DNA of 64,000 nucleotides, from contig CAJUTK010000002.1 of the NCBI GenBank assembly GCA_910589375.1, positions 437,651 through 501,650 on the forward strand. Reading direction: 5' to 3'. The notes under the pieces were generated by a model. That model was given only the letters and a program-made list of their open reading frames with translations, did no database searches and had not been told where the DNA came from. This DNA is from an uncultured Bacilli bacterium (lineage in GTDB: Bacteria; Bacillota_I; Bacilli_A; RF39; UBA660). Every line of letters starts with the position of its first letter. Position 1 is the first letter of the stretch. Made by a program: the position numbers and the translations under genes. Shown piece after piece: positions 8,732-17,383 of the stretch.

Positions 8732-10383
8732 AATATTCAAGAAAAATGGTAACAGGAACCGATTTAGCGGCTTTTTATGAAAAATTATTTGAAGGAACTT
8801 CTACGAATTATGGCTTTTTATCCTATTCACATACTTTCTGTCCTATTCCAAATAAAGAATTAATTTTACCACTTCCATTTATGAAAATTATAAATACGAA
8901 ACCAATGCAAATGGCTAACTCAAAAATTCAAACTGCACATTGTTATAAAGTTCATCCAAGAATGGAAGATACCAGATTAGATCATATGGTATTTGCACAG
9001 TCTTTAGGAGTAGATTTTCTTTCTATTTTAGAGAAAAAAGGATATACTATCGATAATAAAACTAAAGTTGCTTTTTTAACTTTTCTTCTTATTCATGATA
9101 TAGGCCATGGCCCATTTTCCCATCCATTTGAACAGATGGTAGATGGCTATAAAGGAATGCATGAGGATATAGGAAAAAGAACCTTACAGGAATGGGAGGA
9201 ACTCTATGCCATATTAGAAAGCATTTATCCAGGCTTAACAGAAAGATTAATTCATTTTAAAGAATATGATGAATATGGGCTAAGTAGTCTCTTAGAAGGA
9301 GTTTTTGACCTAGATAGAGCATCATTTCTTATTATGGATACTTTTCTTATGGATGGTGAAGAGAAAAGTGATGCCTTTTATGATATTGTAGATAGCATTT
9401 ATAAAATATTTGATAGTATTATTTTAAAAGATAGAAGAGTTTACTACGATTACAAATGTTTTAGAGAAATGGATGACTTTTTACGTATTCGAAAAGAAAA
9501 CTATGAGGAATACCAGTCTCCTAAGAGAGTATTAGATGATCTAATTTTAAAACGTATTGGAGAAGAAGTAGCAACTGTAGTTTCCGATAAACAGATGCTA
9601 TTTAAGAGCCTTCCAATCTCCATTCAAGAAGAAATTGCTCGCTTTTTGTTATTTATTAGGCATATGAAAAAGGAAAAATCTAATGTTAATTTAATTGAGT
9701 ATTATTCTTTCGGAGATTATCATTTTGAGAGAGTATTCCAATTATTACTTCTTTTAGATGATCCTAATTTAACTAGGGATTGCATCTTGATTTTGTCTGC
9801 TTTCGAAAACTATGATAGATTTTATGACATTGCGATTAATCGTGAAAAAAGTGGTAGAGAAGATTTCTACATTGATAATAAATTTACTATTTATAAATCT
9901 AAAAAGGACGAGAATATTACCTTCCTAAGGGGAGAAGAGGAAATTGATTATAAAGACTGTGATGGAAGATTAGTAGAAGGTGGAGTCTTTCTAGAAACAA
10001 TTTCCTATACTTTAAAAGAGCCTGCAAGTTTATCATCAGAAGGAGAACTAAGAGAATCTCTTTTACAGGAAATTAATGGAGAGCTTAGAAATAGCAGTTA
10101 TCAATTAGAACGTCTAGTAGCAAGATTTCCAAGTGATGAACCTGTTATTGAGGCAATTAAAAATTATGTGAAGAGTGTAGAGGCTAATATTTCTTTTGAA
10201 GAACATGCTAAGTTATATGGTTTAAGTAAAAACCAACTTTTAGCATATTTAGTATTATATACCCCTAATCCTATTGTAAGTAGAAACGCTAAGATGTTAT
10301 TAAGTGAGCACTTAGGATATTACTTTACAGAAGAAGAAGCTTCTATTCGACTAAGAAATAAACAATACAAAATTACAGAATGA
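8728..10383 (+). CDS. HD-domain phosphohydrolase (SAMHD1/dNTPase-like HD core) with a long uncharacterised C-terminus
   Basis: RLDHMVFAQSLG ... LIHDIGHGPFSHPFE HD signature; ATGA 4-nt overlap with the upstream nucleotidase gene. Confidence 0.7.
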   Translation: MKYSRKMVTGTDLAAFYEKLFEGTSTNYGFLSYSHTFCPIPNKELILPLPFMKIINTKPMQMANSKIQTAHCYKVHPRMEDTRLDHMVFAQSLGVDFLSILEKKGYTIDNKTKVAFLTFLLIHDIGHGPFSHPFEQMVDGYKGMHEDIGKRTLQEWEELYAILESIYPGLTERLIHFKEYDEYGLSSLLEGVFDLDRASFLIMDTFLMDGEEKSDAFYDIVDSIYKIFDSIILKDRRVYYDYKCFREMDDFLRIRKENYEEYQSPKRVLDDLILKRIGEEVATVVSDKQMLFKSLPISIQEEIARFLLFIRHMKKEKSNVNLIEYYSFGDYHFERVFQLLLLLDDPNLTRDCILILSAFENYDRFYDIAINREKSGREDFYIDNKFTIYKSKKDENITFLRGEEEIDYKDCDGRLVEGGVFLETISYTLKEPASLSSEGELRESLLQEINGELRNSSYQLERLVARFPSDEPVIEAIKNYVKSVEANISFEEHAKLYGLSKNQLLAYLVLYTPNPIVSRNAKMLLSEHLGYYFTEEEASIRLRNKQYKITE

Positions 10384-10384
10384 T

Positions 10385-10414
10385 AAAAAGATGTCAATTT
10401 GTTGACATCTTTTC
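10385..10414. terminator. bidirectional terminator between the convergent HD gene and rarA
   Basis: AAGATGTCAA/TTGACATCTT 10-bp stem flanked by an A-run and a T-run; overlaps the rarA stop. Confidence 0.75.
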
Positions 10415-11614
10415 TATTGCTTCATATACTTTCTTTAAGTCTCTTTCATATTTACTAGTATCTTTAGGAATATAGTATTTTCTATTTCTTATTTTATCTG
10501 GTAAATATTGTTGGCTCACAAATGCATGAGGATAGTTATGGGGATATTTATAATCTTTAGAGCTTGTTTTAATATGGTCTGGTACATTTCCTGTATTCCC
10601 ACTTTCTATATCTTTTAGAGCCTCATCTAAAGCTAAGTGAGCACTATTGGATTTAGGAGAAAGAGCTAAATCTACAACCATTACAGAAAGAGGAATTCTA
10701 GCTTCTGGAAGTCCTAATCTTTCACAAGCATTAATACAAGCATCTACTCTAGGACCCATATTAGGGTTAGCAAGTCCAATATCTTCATAGGCAATGACAG
10801 TCATTCTACGATAGATAATATCTAAATCTTCTGCCTCTATTAGTCTAGCTAGATAGTATAATGAAGCATTTACATCAGACCCTCTAATACTTTTTTGAAA
10901 AGCACTGATAACATCATAATGACCATCTTCATCTTTATCATGAAAGAATACGGGTTTACTATTGATAGTTTTAATAACTTCTAATGTAATATTTCCTTGG
11001 TTACTAGAATAATATGCAATTTCCAATAGATTGTATGCGTTTCGCATATCTCCACTGCTTAGAGTAGCAATTTGTTTAAGACATTGTTCATCAATTTGAA
11101 TATTTTTTAAATATTCACTTTCACAAGCTCGTTTTAAGCCTTCAACAATATCTTCTAGCTCTAGTTCTTTCAGTTCAAATATTTGGCACCTGCTTCTAAT
11201 GGCAGGATTTATCTTATGGTAAGGATTAGAAGTAGTCATTCCAATTAAAGTAATAAGGCCATTTTCTAAATAGGGAAGAAGTAAATCTTGTTTATCCTTA
11301 TTAAGTCTATGAATTTCATCCATCAAGACAACCATCCCATGATACATTTTAGCTTCTTCTATAACAATATCAAAATCTTTTTTATTATTGATAGTAGCAT
11401 TAAGCATGCGATAAGGAATCTTTAATTCTTCTACAATAGCAGTTGCAATAGTAGTTTTCCCAATACCAGGTTTCCCAAAAAATATCATTGAAAATAATTT
11501 TCCATTTTTCACTAAATTATAGATAACTTTATTTTCACCAATTAAATGTTTTTGACCAATTACATCATTTATACATTTTGGTCTCATTTTAATCGCTAAA
11601 GGTTCTGTATTCAT
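10394..11614 (-). CDS. rarA: replication-associated recombination protein A (AAA+ ATPase)
   Basis: Walker A GKPGIGKTT, Walker B VLMDEIHRLNK and a MgsA-type C-terminal domain (SIRGSDVNASLYYLARL). Confidence 0.9.
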   Translation of the reverse strand: MNTEPLAIKMRPKCINDVIGQKHLIGENKVIYNLVKNGKLFSMIFFGKPGIGKTTIATAIVEELKIPYRMLNATINNKKDFDIVIEEAKMYHGMVVLMDEIHRLNKDKQDLLLPYLENGLITLIGMTTSNPYHKINPAIRSRCQIFELKELELEDIVEGLKRACESEYLKNIQIDEQCLKQIATLSSGDMRNAYNLLEIAYYSSNQGNITLEVIKTINSKPVFFHDKDEDGHYDVISAFQKSIRGSDVNASLYYLARLIEAEDLDIIYRRMTVIAYEDIGLANPNMGPRVDACINACERLGLPEARIPLSVMVVDLALSPKSNSAHLALDEALKDIESGNTGNVPDHIKTSSKDYKYPHNYPHAFVSQQYLPDKIRNRKYYIPKDTSKYERDLKKVYEAIEKMSTN

Positions 11615-11729
11615 CTAATCACCATGGATATTGTACCATACTAAGAATATAAATACAAATGTTTGATATAGTTTTCTTGCTTGAACACTTCCATTTATGA
11701 TATAATGAAGTTGTAAGGATAGATTTGAT

Positions 11730-12608
11730 ATGATACAAGAGGAGATTAATAGTTTTAGAAGTTATCTTTTAGTTGAAAAAAAATATAGTAAGAATACCAT
11801 TGAGTCCTACGAGAGAGATCTATTACAATTTCAAAGTTTTATTACAAAAGAAATTACTAGAATTCAGGAGGAGGACATTCATCAGTATTTAAAAGAACTT
11901 TCGGTAGAGGGAAAAAGTGAAAAGACTATTTCAAGAGTGATTTCTTGTTTAAAATCCTTTTATAAATTTCTATTAATTGAAAAAAAGGTTGCTAGAAATC
12001 CAATGGAGAATATTGAAATTCCTAAATTAAAAAAGAGTCTTCCTCATACTTTGACAGAGGAAGAAGTAAATAACTTATTAGAGGTTCCCTTACTAGATGC
12101 TTTTAGTTACCGAAATAAGGCAATGTTAGAGGGACTCTACGCAACAGGAATTCGTGTCTCTGAACTTGTAAATTTGAAACTAGGAGATATTGATATAGAA
12201 AGCGCTACTTTAAGAACAATGGGAAAGGGTAGTAAAGAGAGAATTGTTCCTCTTGGAGATTACGCTCTTAGATACTTAACAATTTATATAAGAGATTACC
12301 GTCCTATGCTTTTAAAAAGAGATTATAATGACTATTTATTTTTAAATAATCATGGGAAGAAGTTAACTCGTCAAGGCTTTTTTAAAATTATTAAAGCAAG
12401 AGCAAAGGAAGCTAATATTCAAAAGGAATTATCACCTCATACTTTAAGACATTCTTTTGCAACTCACTTGCTTAATCATGGAGCAGATTTAAGAAGTATA
12501 CAAGAACTTTTAGGCCATAGTGATATTTCTACTACACAAATCTATACCCACATATCCAATGAACATTTAAAAGAAAGTTATAAAGAATTTCACCCACATG
12601 GTGAATAA
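11730..12608 (+). CDS. xerD: site-specific tyrosine recombinase XerD
   Basis: SYERDL N-terminal SAM-like domain; ATGIRVSEL; HTLRHSFATHLL...LLGHSDISTTQIYTH catalytic region. Confidence 0.8.
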   Translation: MIQEEINSFRSYLLVEKKYSKNTIESYERDLLQFQSFITKEITRIQEEDIHQYLKELSVEGKSEKTISRVISCLKSFYKFLLIEKKVARNPMENIEIPKLKKSLPHTLTEEEVNNLLEVPLLDAFSYRNKAMLEGLYATGIRVSELVNLKLGDIDIESATLRTMGKGSKERIVPLGDYALRYLTIYIRDYRPMLLKRDYNDYLFLNNHGKKLTRQGFFKIIKARAKEANIQKELSPHTLRHSFATHLLNHGADLRSIQELLGHSDISTTQIYTHISNEHLKESYKEFHPHGE

Positions 12609-12619
12609 AGGAGGATTTT

Positions 12620-13990
12620 ATGAATTTAACAAAAATTACAGATTCTATTTTTAGAGAATATGATATTAGAGGAATATGGGAAACAGATATTACAGAAGAT
12701 GTAGCGTATACTCTAGGAAGAAGCTTTGCTAGTTATATTGATTCCATGGGGATTCATGATGTAGTAGTAGGCCATGATAATCGTATTTCATCACCAGTTA
12801 TTCATGATGCTTTAATAAAAGGGTTAGTAGAAAGTGGAGCTACTGTAACAGATTTAGGTCTCGTTACTACACCGATGTATTATTATGCAAAGAAAAAATA
12901 TACGATTACTACTGGTATCATGATTACTGCTAGCCATAATCCTAAAGAATATAATGGATTTAAAATATCTTTTAATTTAGATGGGAATGCTTGTGGCGAA
13001 GCTATTACTAAATTTAGAGATTTTACCAATTCTTTAAACTTTATTACCAAAGAAGGTAGTGTAAGTGGTTTAGATATTGAAGCAGAATATTTAAATGAAA
13101 TCAAAAATAGTATTCATCTTGGAGATAGAAAAGTTCGCGTTGTATTTGATTGTGGTAATGGAACTGGATCTATTATTATTAAAAAGATTCTAGATATGTT
13201 TGATATTGAATATGAGTTATTATACTGTGATTCTGATCCAAATTTCCCAAATCATCACCCAGATCCATGTGTGAGAGAAAATATGAAAGCTTTATCTAAC
13301 AAAGTAAGAGAGTTAGGATACGATTTAGGAATTGGCATTGATGGAGATGCCGATAGAGTTGGATTAGTAGATCAAAATGGTGAGATTATTGGTAGTGATT
13401 TAATTATGCTAATCGTATATCGTAGTATCGCTAGTACAATGAAAAACAAGAAGGCTGTATACGATGTAAAGTGTTCTAAAACTCTAATTGATGGATTGAA
13501 AGAACTAGGTCTAGATACAGTTATGGCACGTACTGGAAATTCTTATATGAATTTAAAGATTAATCAAGAAGATTTCGATTTTGGCGGAGAATACTCAGGA
13601 CATATTTGGTTTAGAGATAAATGGCCTGGATTTGATGATGGAATATATGCAGGTATGAGATTAGTAGAAATTGTGTCTAATACTAATAAAAATACAAGTG
13701 AATTATTAGATAATATCAATCACTATTATTCTACAGAAGAATTAAAATTCCACGCACCAGATGAAATTAAATTTGGAGTGGTAGAAAAGATAAAAAAATA
13801 TTGTGAGAATAAGAATTATCAAATGATTACCGTAGATGGCATCCGTGTAGAATTTTCAGATAGCTGGGCACTAGTTAGATGTTCTAATACAGGTCCTAAT
13901 ATAACAGCACGTTTTGAAGCAAAAACAGAGAGTAGATTACAAGAATTGCAAGAAGAATTCACAACTTTATTAAATGAATACTTAAAATGA
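12620..13990 (+). CDS. phosphomannomutase/phosphoglucomutase
   Basis: Active-site TASHNPKEYNGFK and metal loop GIDGDADR; 456 aa. Confidence 0.85.
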   Translation: MNLTKITDSIFREYDIRGIWETDITEDVAYTLGRSFASYIDSMGIHDVVVGHDNRISSPVIHDALIKGLVESGATVTDLGLVTTPMYYYAKKKYTITTGIMITASHNPKEYNGFKISFNLDGNACGEAITKFRDFTNSLNFITKEGSVSGLDIEAEYLNEIKNSIHLGDRKVRVVFDCGNGTGSIIIKKILDMFDIEYELLYCDSDPNFPNHHPDPCVRENMKALSNKVRELGYDLGIGIDGDADRVGLVDQNGEIIGSDLIMLIVYRSIASTMKNKKAVYDVKCSKTLIDGLKELGLDTVMARTGNSYMNLKINQEDFDFGGEYSGHIWFRDKWPGFDDGIYAGMRLVEIVSNTNKNTSELLDNINHYYSTEELKFHAPDEIKFGVVEKIKKYCENKNYQMITVDGIRVEFSDSWALVRCSNTGPNITARFEAKTESRLQELQEEFTTLLNEYLK

Positions 13991-13997
13991 AAGGTGT

Positions 13998-14019
13998 GAG
14001 TGAAAATTCACTCCTTTTC
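13998..14019 (+). terminator. intrinsic terminator
   Basis: GAGTGA/TCACTC stem with AAAT loop, then CTTTTC. Confidence 0.55.
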
Positions 14020-14075
14020 AAATTGACTTTTTGCAAAAACAATGGTAGTATAACAACTTAAAAAGAGGGGATGTT

Positions 14076-15959
14076 ATGTCAACAAAAGGGAAAGCTTCTA
14101 TAGAGCAACCATGGATAAAATTTTATACTAAAGGAAAGAAAAAAATCGAAGTAAACTTTGATGCTTTTGATATTAGTTTGTATGAGTATTTAGAAAAGGG
14201 AAATATATCCCACCCAAATGATTTAGCGGTAGAATATTTTGGGCATCAATATACTTATGGTGAATTTTTTTCACTTATTAATCAATACGCTGTTTCTTTT
14301 AAAAAGCAAGGTGTGAAACCAAAAGATATAGTAGCTTTATGTATGTCTAATACACCTGAAGCGTTAATTTCTTTTTATGCGCTAAATAAAATGGGAGTAA
14401 CTGTTCAACTGATTCACCCTTTATCTAGTGAAGAAGAAATAAAACAAAATCTTAATAAAACTAAGGCTAAAGTTGTAGTGGCTCTCGATAGTGTATATTA
14501 TAAGTTAGACAGGATTATTTCATCTACACATGTAGAAAAAGCAATTATTTCAAAGCCACAAGATTCTATGAGCGATACTATCAAAAAACTATATCCACTT
14601 AGCCAAAGATTAAACTTATTAGAAATTAATATAGATTTATTAAAAACACGTATTAAATTATTCTCTAGAAATCCTTATAATATGGATAAAGAGGAATTAG
14701 AGAAATTAAAACAAAAATTTAAACATTTAAAATCAAAAAAAGTAAAATTAGTACAAGAACAAGCTTACGATAAAAAATATACGGATGGTAAATATATAGA
14801 TTTTTCTGAATTCTTAGTAGATAGCAAAGAAGATGTAGCTACTTATAAATGGGGTAAAAAAGACGTAGCAGTACTATTACCTACGGGTGGAACTAGTGGC
14901 AAGCCAAAGCTAGCAATGTTAAGTAATGGAAATTTTAACTCTATGCTTGAACAATTTTTAATAAGCTTTGATAAGTTTGAAAGAGGAGAAACTGCTTTAG
15001 CAATTATGCCATTATTCCATGGATTTGGACTATGTAGCTGTCTTCATTTACCACTTAGCTTCGGTGTATCAGTTGTTTTAATTCCAAAATTTGAAGCTAA
15101 AAAATTATATAAGCTTTATAAAAAGAAAAAACCAGAGTATTTAATCGGTGTACCTGCTATTTTTGATGCAATCAAAAAAGATAAGAAAATAGCTCGTAAA
15201 GTTGGATTCTCTTTTGTAAAACTATTTGTAGCAGGAGGAGATAAGTTAAAATCATCTAAGGAAGAAGATTTTAATGAATATACTGCTCTTTATGGAGCTC
15301 TTACTAAAATTGCAAAGGGCTATGGGTTTACAGAAGGAGTAGCGGGTCTTACTTTAGCAATCGATGATTATAATGAACCAGATTCTATTGGTATCCCAAT
15401 GTATGGAAACGTTTTCAAGATTGTAAAGCCTGGTACAACAGAAGAAGTAGATTACGGAGAAGAAGGAGAAATCTGTGTCTCAGGGCCTACTATTATGCTT
15501 GGTTATTACGATGATCCAGAAGAGACTGCTAAAGCTCTTGTAGAACATGAAGATGGAAGAGTTTATATGCATTCAGGAGATGCTGGTTTTATGACTCCTG
15601 AAGGAATTTTATATTACACGCAAAGATTAAAGAGAATGATAGTATGTAATGGATATAACATACATTCTTATCAAATTGAAAGCAAAATTGAAGAATTAGA
15701 CTTTGTAGAGTCATGTGAACTAATTGGAAAAGACCATCCTGAAAAAGGACAAGTCCCAGTAGTTTATATTGTCCTAAAAAAGGGAGTAGAGGCAACAGAT
15801 GCGATTAGGCTAAAAATAGAAGAATTATGCAAACAAAATTTAGCTGGTTATGCATTACCTACAGAATATAATTTTATTGATGAATTGCCAAAGACACTAT
15901 TAAATAAATTTGCATTCCAAGAACTACAAAAGGTAAAGAAAAAACAGGAAGCAATGTAG
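14076..15959 (+). CDS. AMP-dependent acyl-CoA/acyl-ACP synthetase-like ligase with a Lys-rich insertion
   Basis: AMP-binding motif LLPTGGTSGKPK, GYGFTE and SGDAG motifs. An insertion of about 65 aa (KEELEKLKQKFKHLKSKKVKL) precedes the P-loop. Confidence 0.8.
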   Translation: MSTKGKASIEQPWIKFYTKGKKKIEVNFDAFDISLYEYLEKGNISHPNDLAVEYFGHQYTYGEFFSLINQYAVSFKKQGVKPKDIVALCMSNTPEALISFYALNKMGVTVQLIHPLSSEEEIKQNLNKTKAKVVVALDSVYYKLDRIISSTHVEKAIISKPQDSMSDTIKKLYPLSQRLNLLEINIDLLKTRIKLFSRNPYNMDKEELEKLKQKFKHLKSKKVKLVQEQAYDKKYTDGKYIDFSEFLVDSKEDVATYKWGKKDVAVLLPTGGTSGKPKLAMLSNGNFNSMLEQFLISFDKFERGETALAIMPLFHGFGLCSCLHLPLSFGVSVVLIPKFEAKKLYKLYKKKKPEYLIGVPAIFDAIKKDKKIARKVGFSFVKLFVAGGDKLKSSKEEDFNEYTALYGALTKIAKGYGFTEGVAGLTLAIDDYNEPDSIGIPMYGNVFKIVKPGTTEEVDYGEEGEICVSGPTIMLGYYDDPEETAKALVEHEDGRVYMHSGDAGFMTPEGILYYTQRLKRMIVCNGYNIHSYQIESKIEELDFVESCELIGKDHPEKGQVPVVYIVLKKGVEATDAIRLKIEELCKQNLAGYALPTEYNFIDELPKTLLNKFAFQELQKVKKKQEAM

Positions 15960-15968
15960 GAGGATTTT

Positions 15969-17336
15969 ATGAGAATAGGTTTAGATGTAGATGGAGTTTT
16001 AACGGATTTAGAGGGTTACCAATTAAAATATGGAAAAAAATATTTTTTGAAAAGAAATCCTAATTTGAAAATAAATGCTGCAGGATATGATATTTGTGAC
16101 ATTTTCCATTGCGCAAAGAAAGAAAGAGAAAAATTCTGGACTAAATATATTTGGGGATATTGCATGGAAAAAACAGTAGCTGGAGCAGCAGAAATGGTTG
16201 CTAGGCTACGTGCTGAAGGTCATGAGGTTTATATTATTACAGGTCGTGCTCATACTACAGAAGCTGGACCAATTGGAAACTTATTTAGAAAAATGCTTAT
16301 CAATAGGTTAAAAAAAGATGGTGTACAGTATGAATCTATTCATTTTGTATCAGAATCTGGAAGTGCCGAAGATAAAGTAAAAATATGTGAAGAGCTTGGT
16401 ATTGATGTTATGATAGACGATAAGAAAGAAAACATTGAGGCTCTTGATGGCAAGCTTGATATTATTTGTAAAGATGCTTCATATAATCAGGACATTAGTA
16501 CCCAAAATTACACCAGAGTATTTTCTATTGACGAAATATATGACGAATTAGAAAAATTATCTTCTAAGTATACTAGGGAAGGTAGACATCAAGTCTTTCA
16601 AGTGTTAACTCATGAGGAAAGAAAAGGATTTTCTGATGAAGAATTAAGAAAATATTTTTCAGAACTAAGAAAATTCCAAGTAACTCTCCCTTATGATAGT
16701 AAAAAAATGAAAAAACAAGAAAGAAGATATAGAGTTGTAGCAAAAATTGGTGGAGCCATCTTTAAAATAGTTTATAATCCTAATATTTTTAATCCTGAAA
16801 ACTTTCAATGCGAAGGAAGCGCCATCTATGTAGCTAATCATAATAATTATTATGATCAATTTCCTATTATAGCTGCTATTGGAGACAAACCAATTCACTT
16901 TTTAACAGCAACAAAAATGTTAAAATTAAAAAGAGGATTCTTTTACAAATTAACTGGTGCTGTTTCTGTAGACAGAGAAGATAAAAATGATAGAAAAAGG
17001 GCAACAGAAGATATTGAAAAGATTATTATCCATGGAGGTACAGTTTTCATTTTCCCAGCTGGAAGAACAAATAGAGAAAAAGTAAAAATTTTACCTTTTC
17101 AACCTGGTGCTGCTGCAATAGCACAAGCAACAGGAGCTCCAATTATACCAATTGCAGTAAATGATAATTATAAAAGAGGGCAACTTTGTGTTAGGGCAGG
17201 GCAAAAAATGTATGTTTCTCCTACTGATGATATTATAGAAAAAACTCAAGCTATACAAGATACTGTGGAGAGATTAATAGATGAAAACGATGCCTTTCTC
17301 AAAGAAAAGAGTTTAAGAAAAAGAAAAAAAGCCTAG
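15969..17336 (+). CDS. fusion: NT5C-like HAD phosphatase domain plus PlsC-type lysophospholipid acyltransferase
   Basis: N-terminal DVDGVLTD HAD motif. C-terminal acyltransferase HX4D block ANHNNYYDQ and IFPAGRT block. Confidence 0.7.
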   Translation: MRIGLDVDGVLTDLEGYQLKYGKKYFLKRNPNLKINAAGYDICDIFHCAKKEREKFWTKYIWGYCMEKTVAGAAEMVARLRAEGHEVYIITGRAHTTEAGPIGNLFRKMLINRLKKDGVQYESIHFVSESGSAEDKVKICEELGIDVMIDDKKENIEALDGKLDIICKDASYNQDISTQNYTRVFSIDEIYDELEKLSSKYTREGRHQVFQVLTHEERKGFSDEELRKYFSELRKFQVTLPYDSKKMKKQERRYRVVAKIGGAIFKIVYNPNIFNPENFQCEGSAIYVANHNNYYDQFPIIAAIGDKPIHFLTATKMLKLKRGFFYKLTGAVSVDREDKNDRKRATEDIEKIIIHGGTVFIFPAGRTNREKVKILPFQPGAAAIAQATGAPIIPIAVNDNYKRGQLCVRAGQKMYVSPTDDIIEKTQAIQDTVERLIDENDAFLKEKSLRKRKKA

Positions 17337-17352
17337 TAATAGGTTTTTTTTG
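17324..17352 (+). terminator. intrinsic terminator
   Basis: A-run/CCTA ... TAGG/T-run hairpin followed by 8 T. Confidence 0.55.
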
Positions 17353-17383
17353 TGATATAATTATAATAGTGGTGGTGTGTAAA

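Noticed and set aside
11730-12608. Tyrosine recombinase as a marker of an integrated mobile element
   Set aside because: The sequence has XerD hallmarks (SYERDL, a full RHRY-type catalytic region). It also sits among housekeeping genes (rarA, PMM/PGM) with no flanking repeats or phage or ICE genes.
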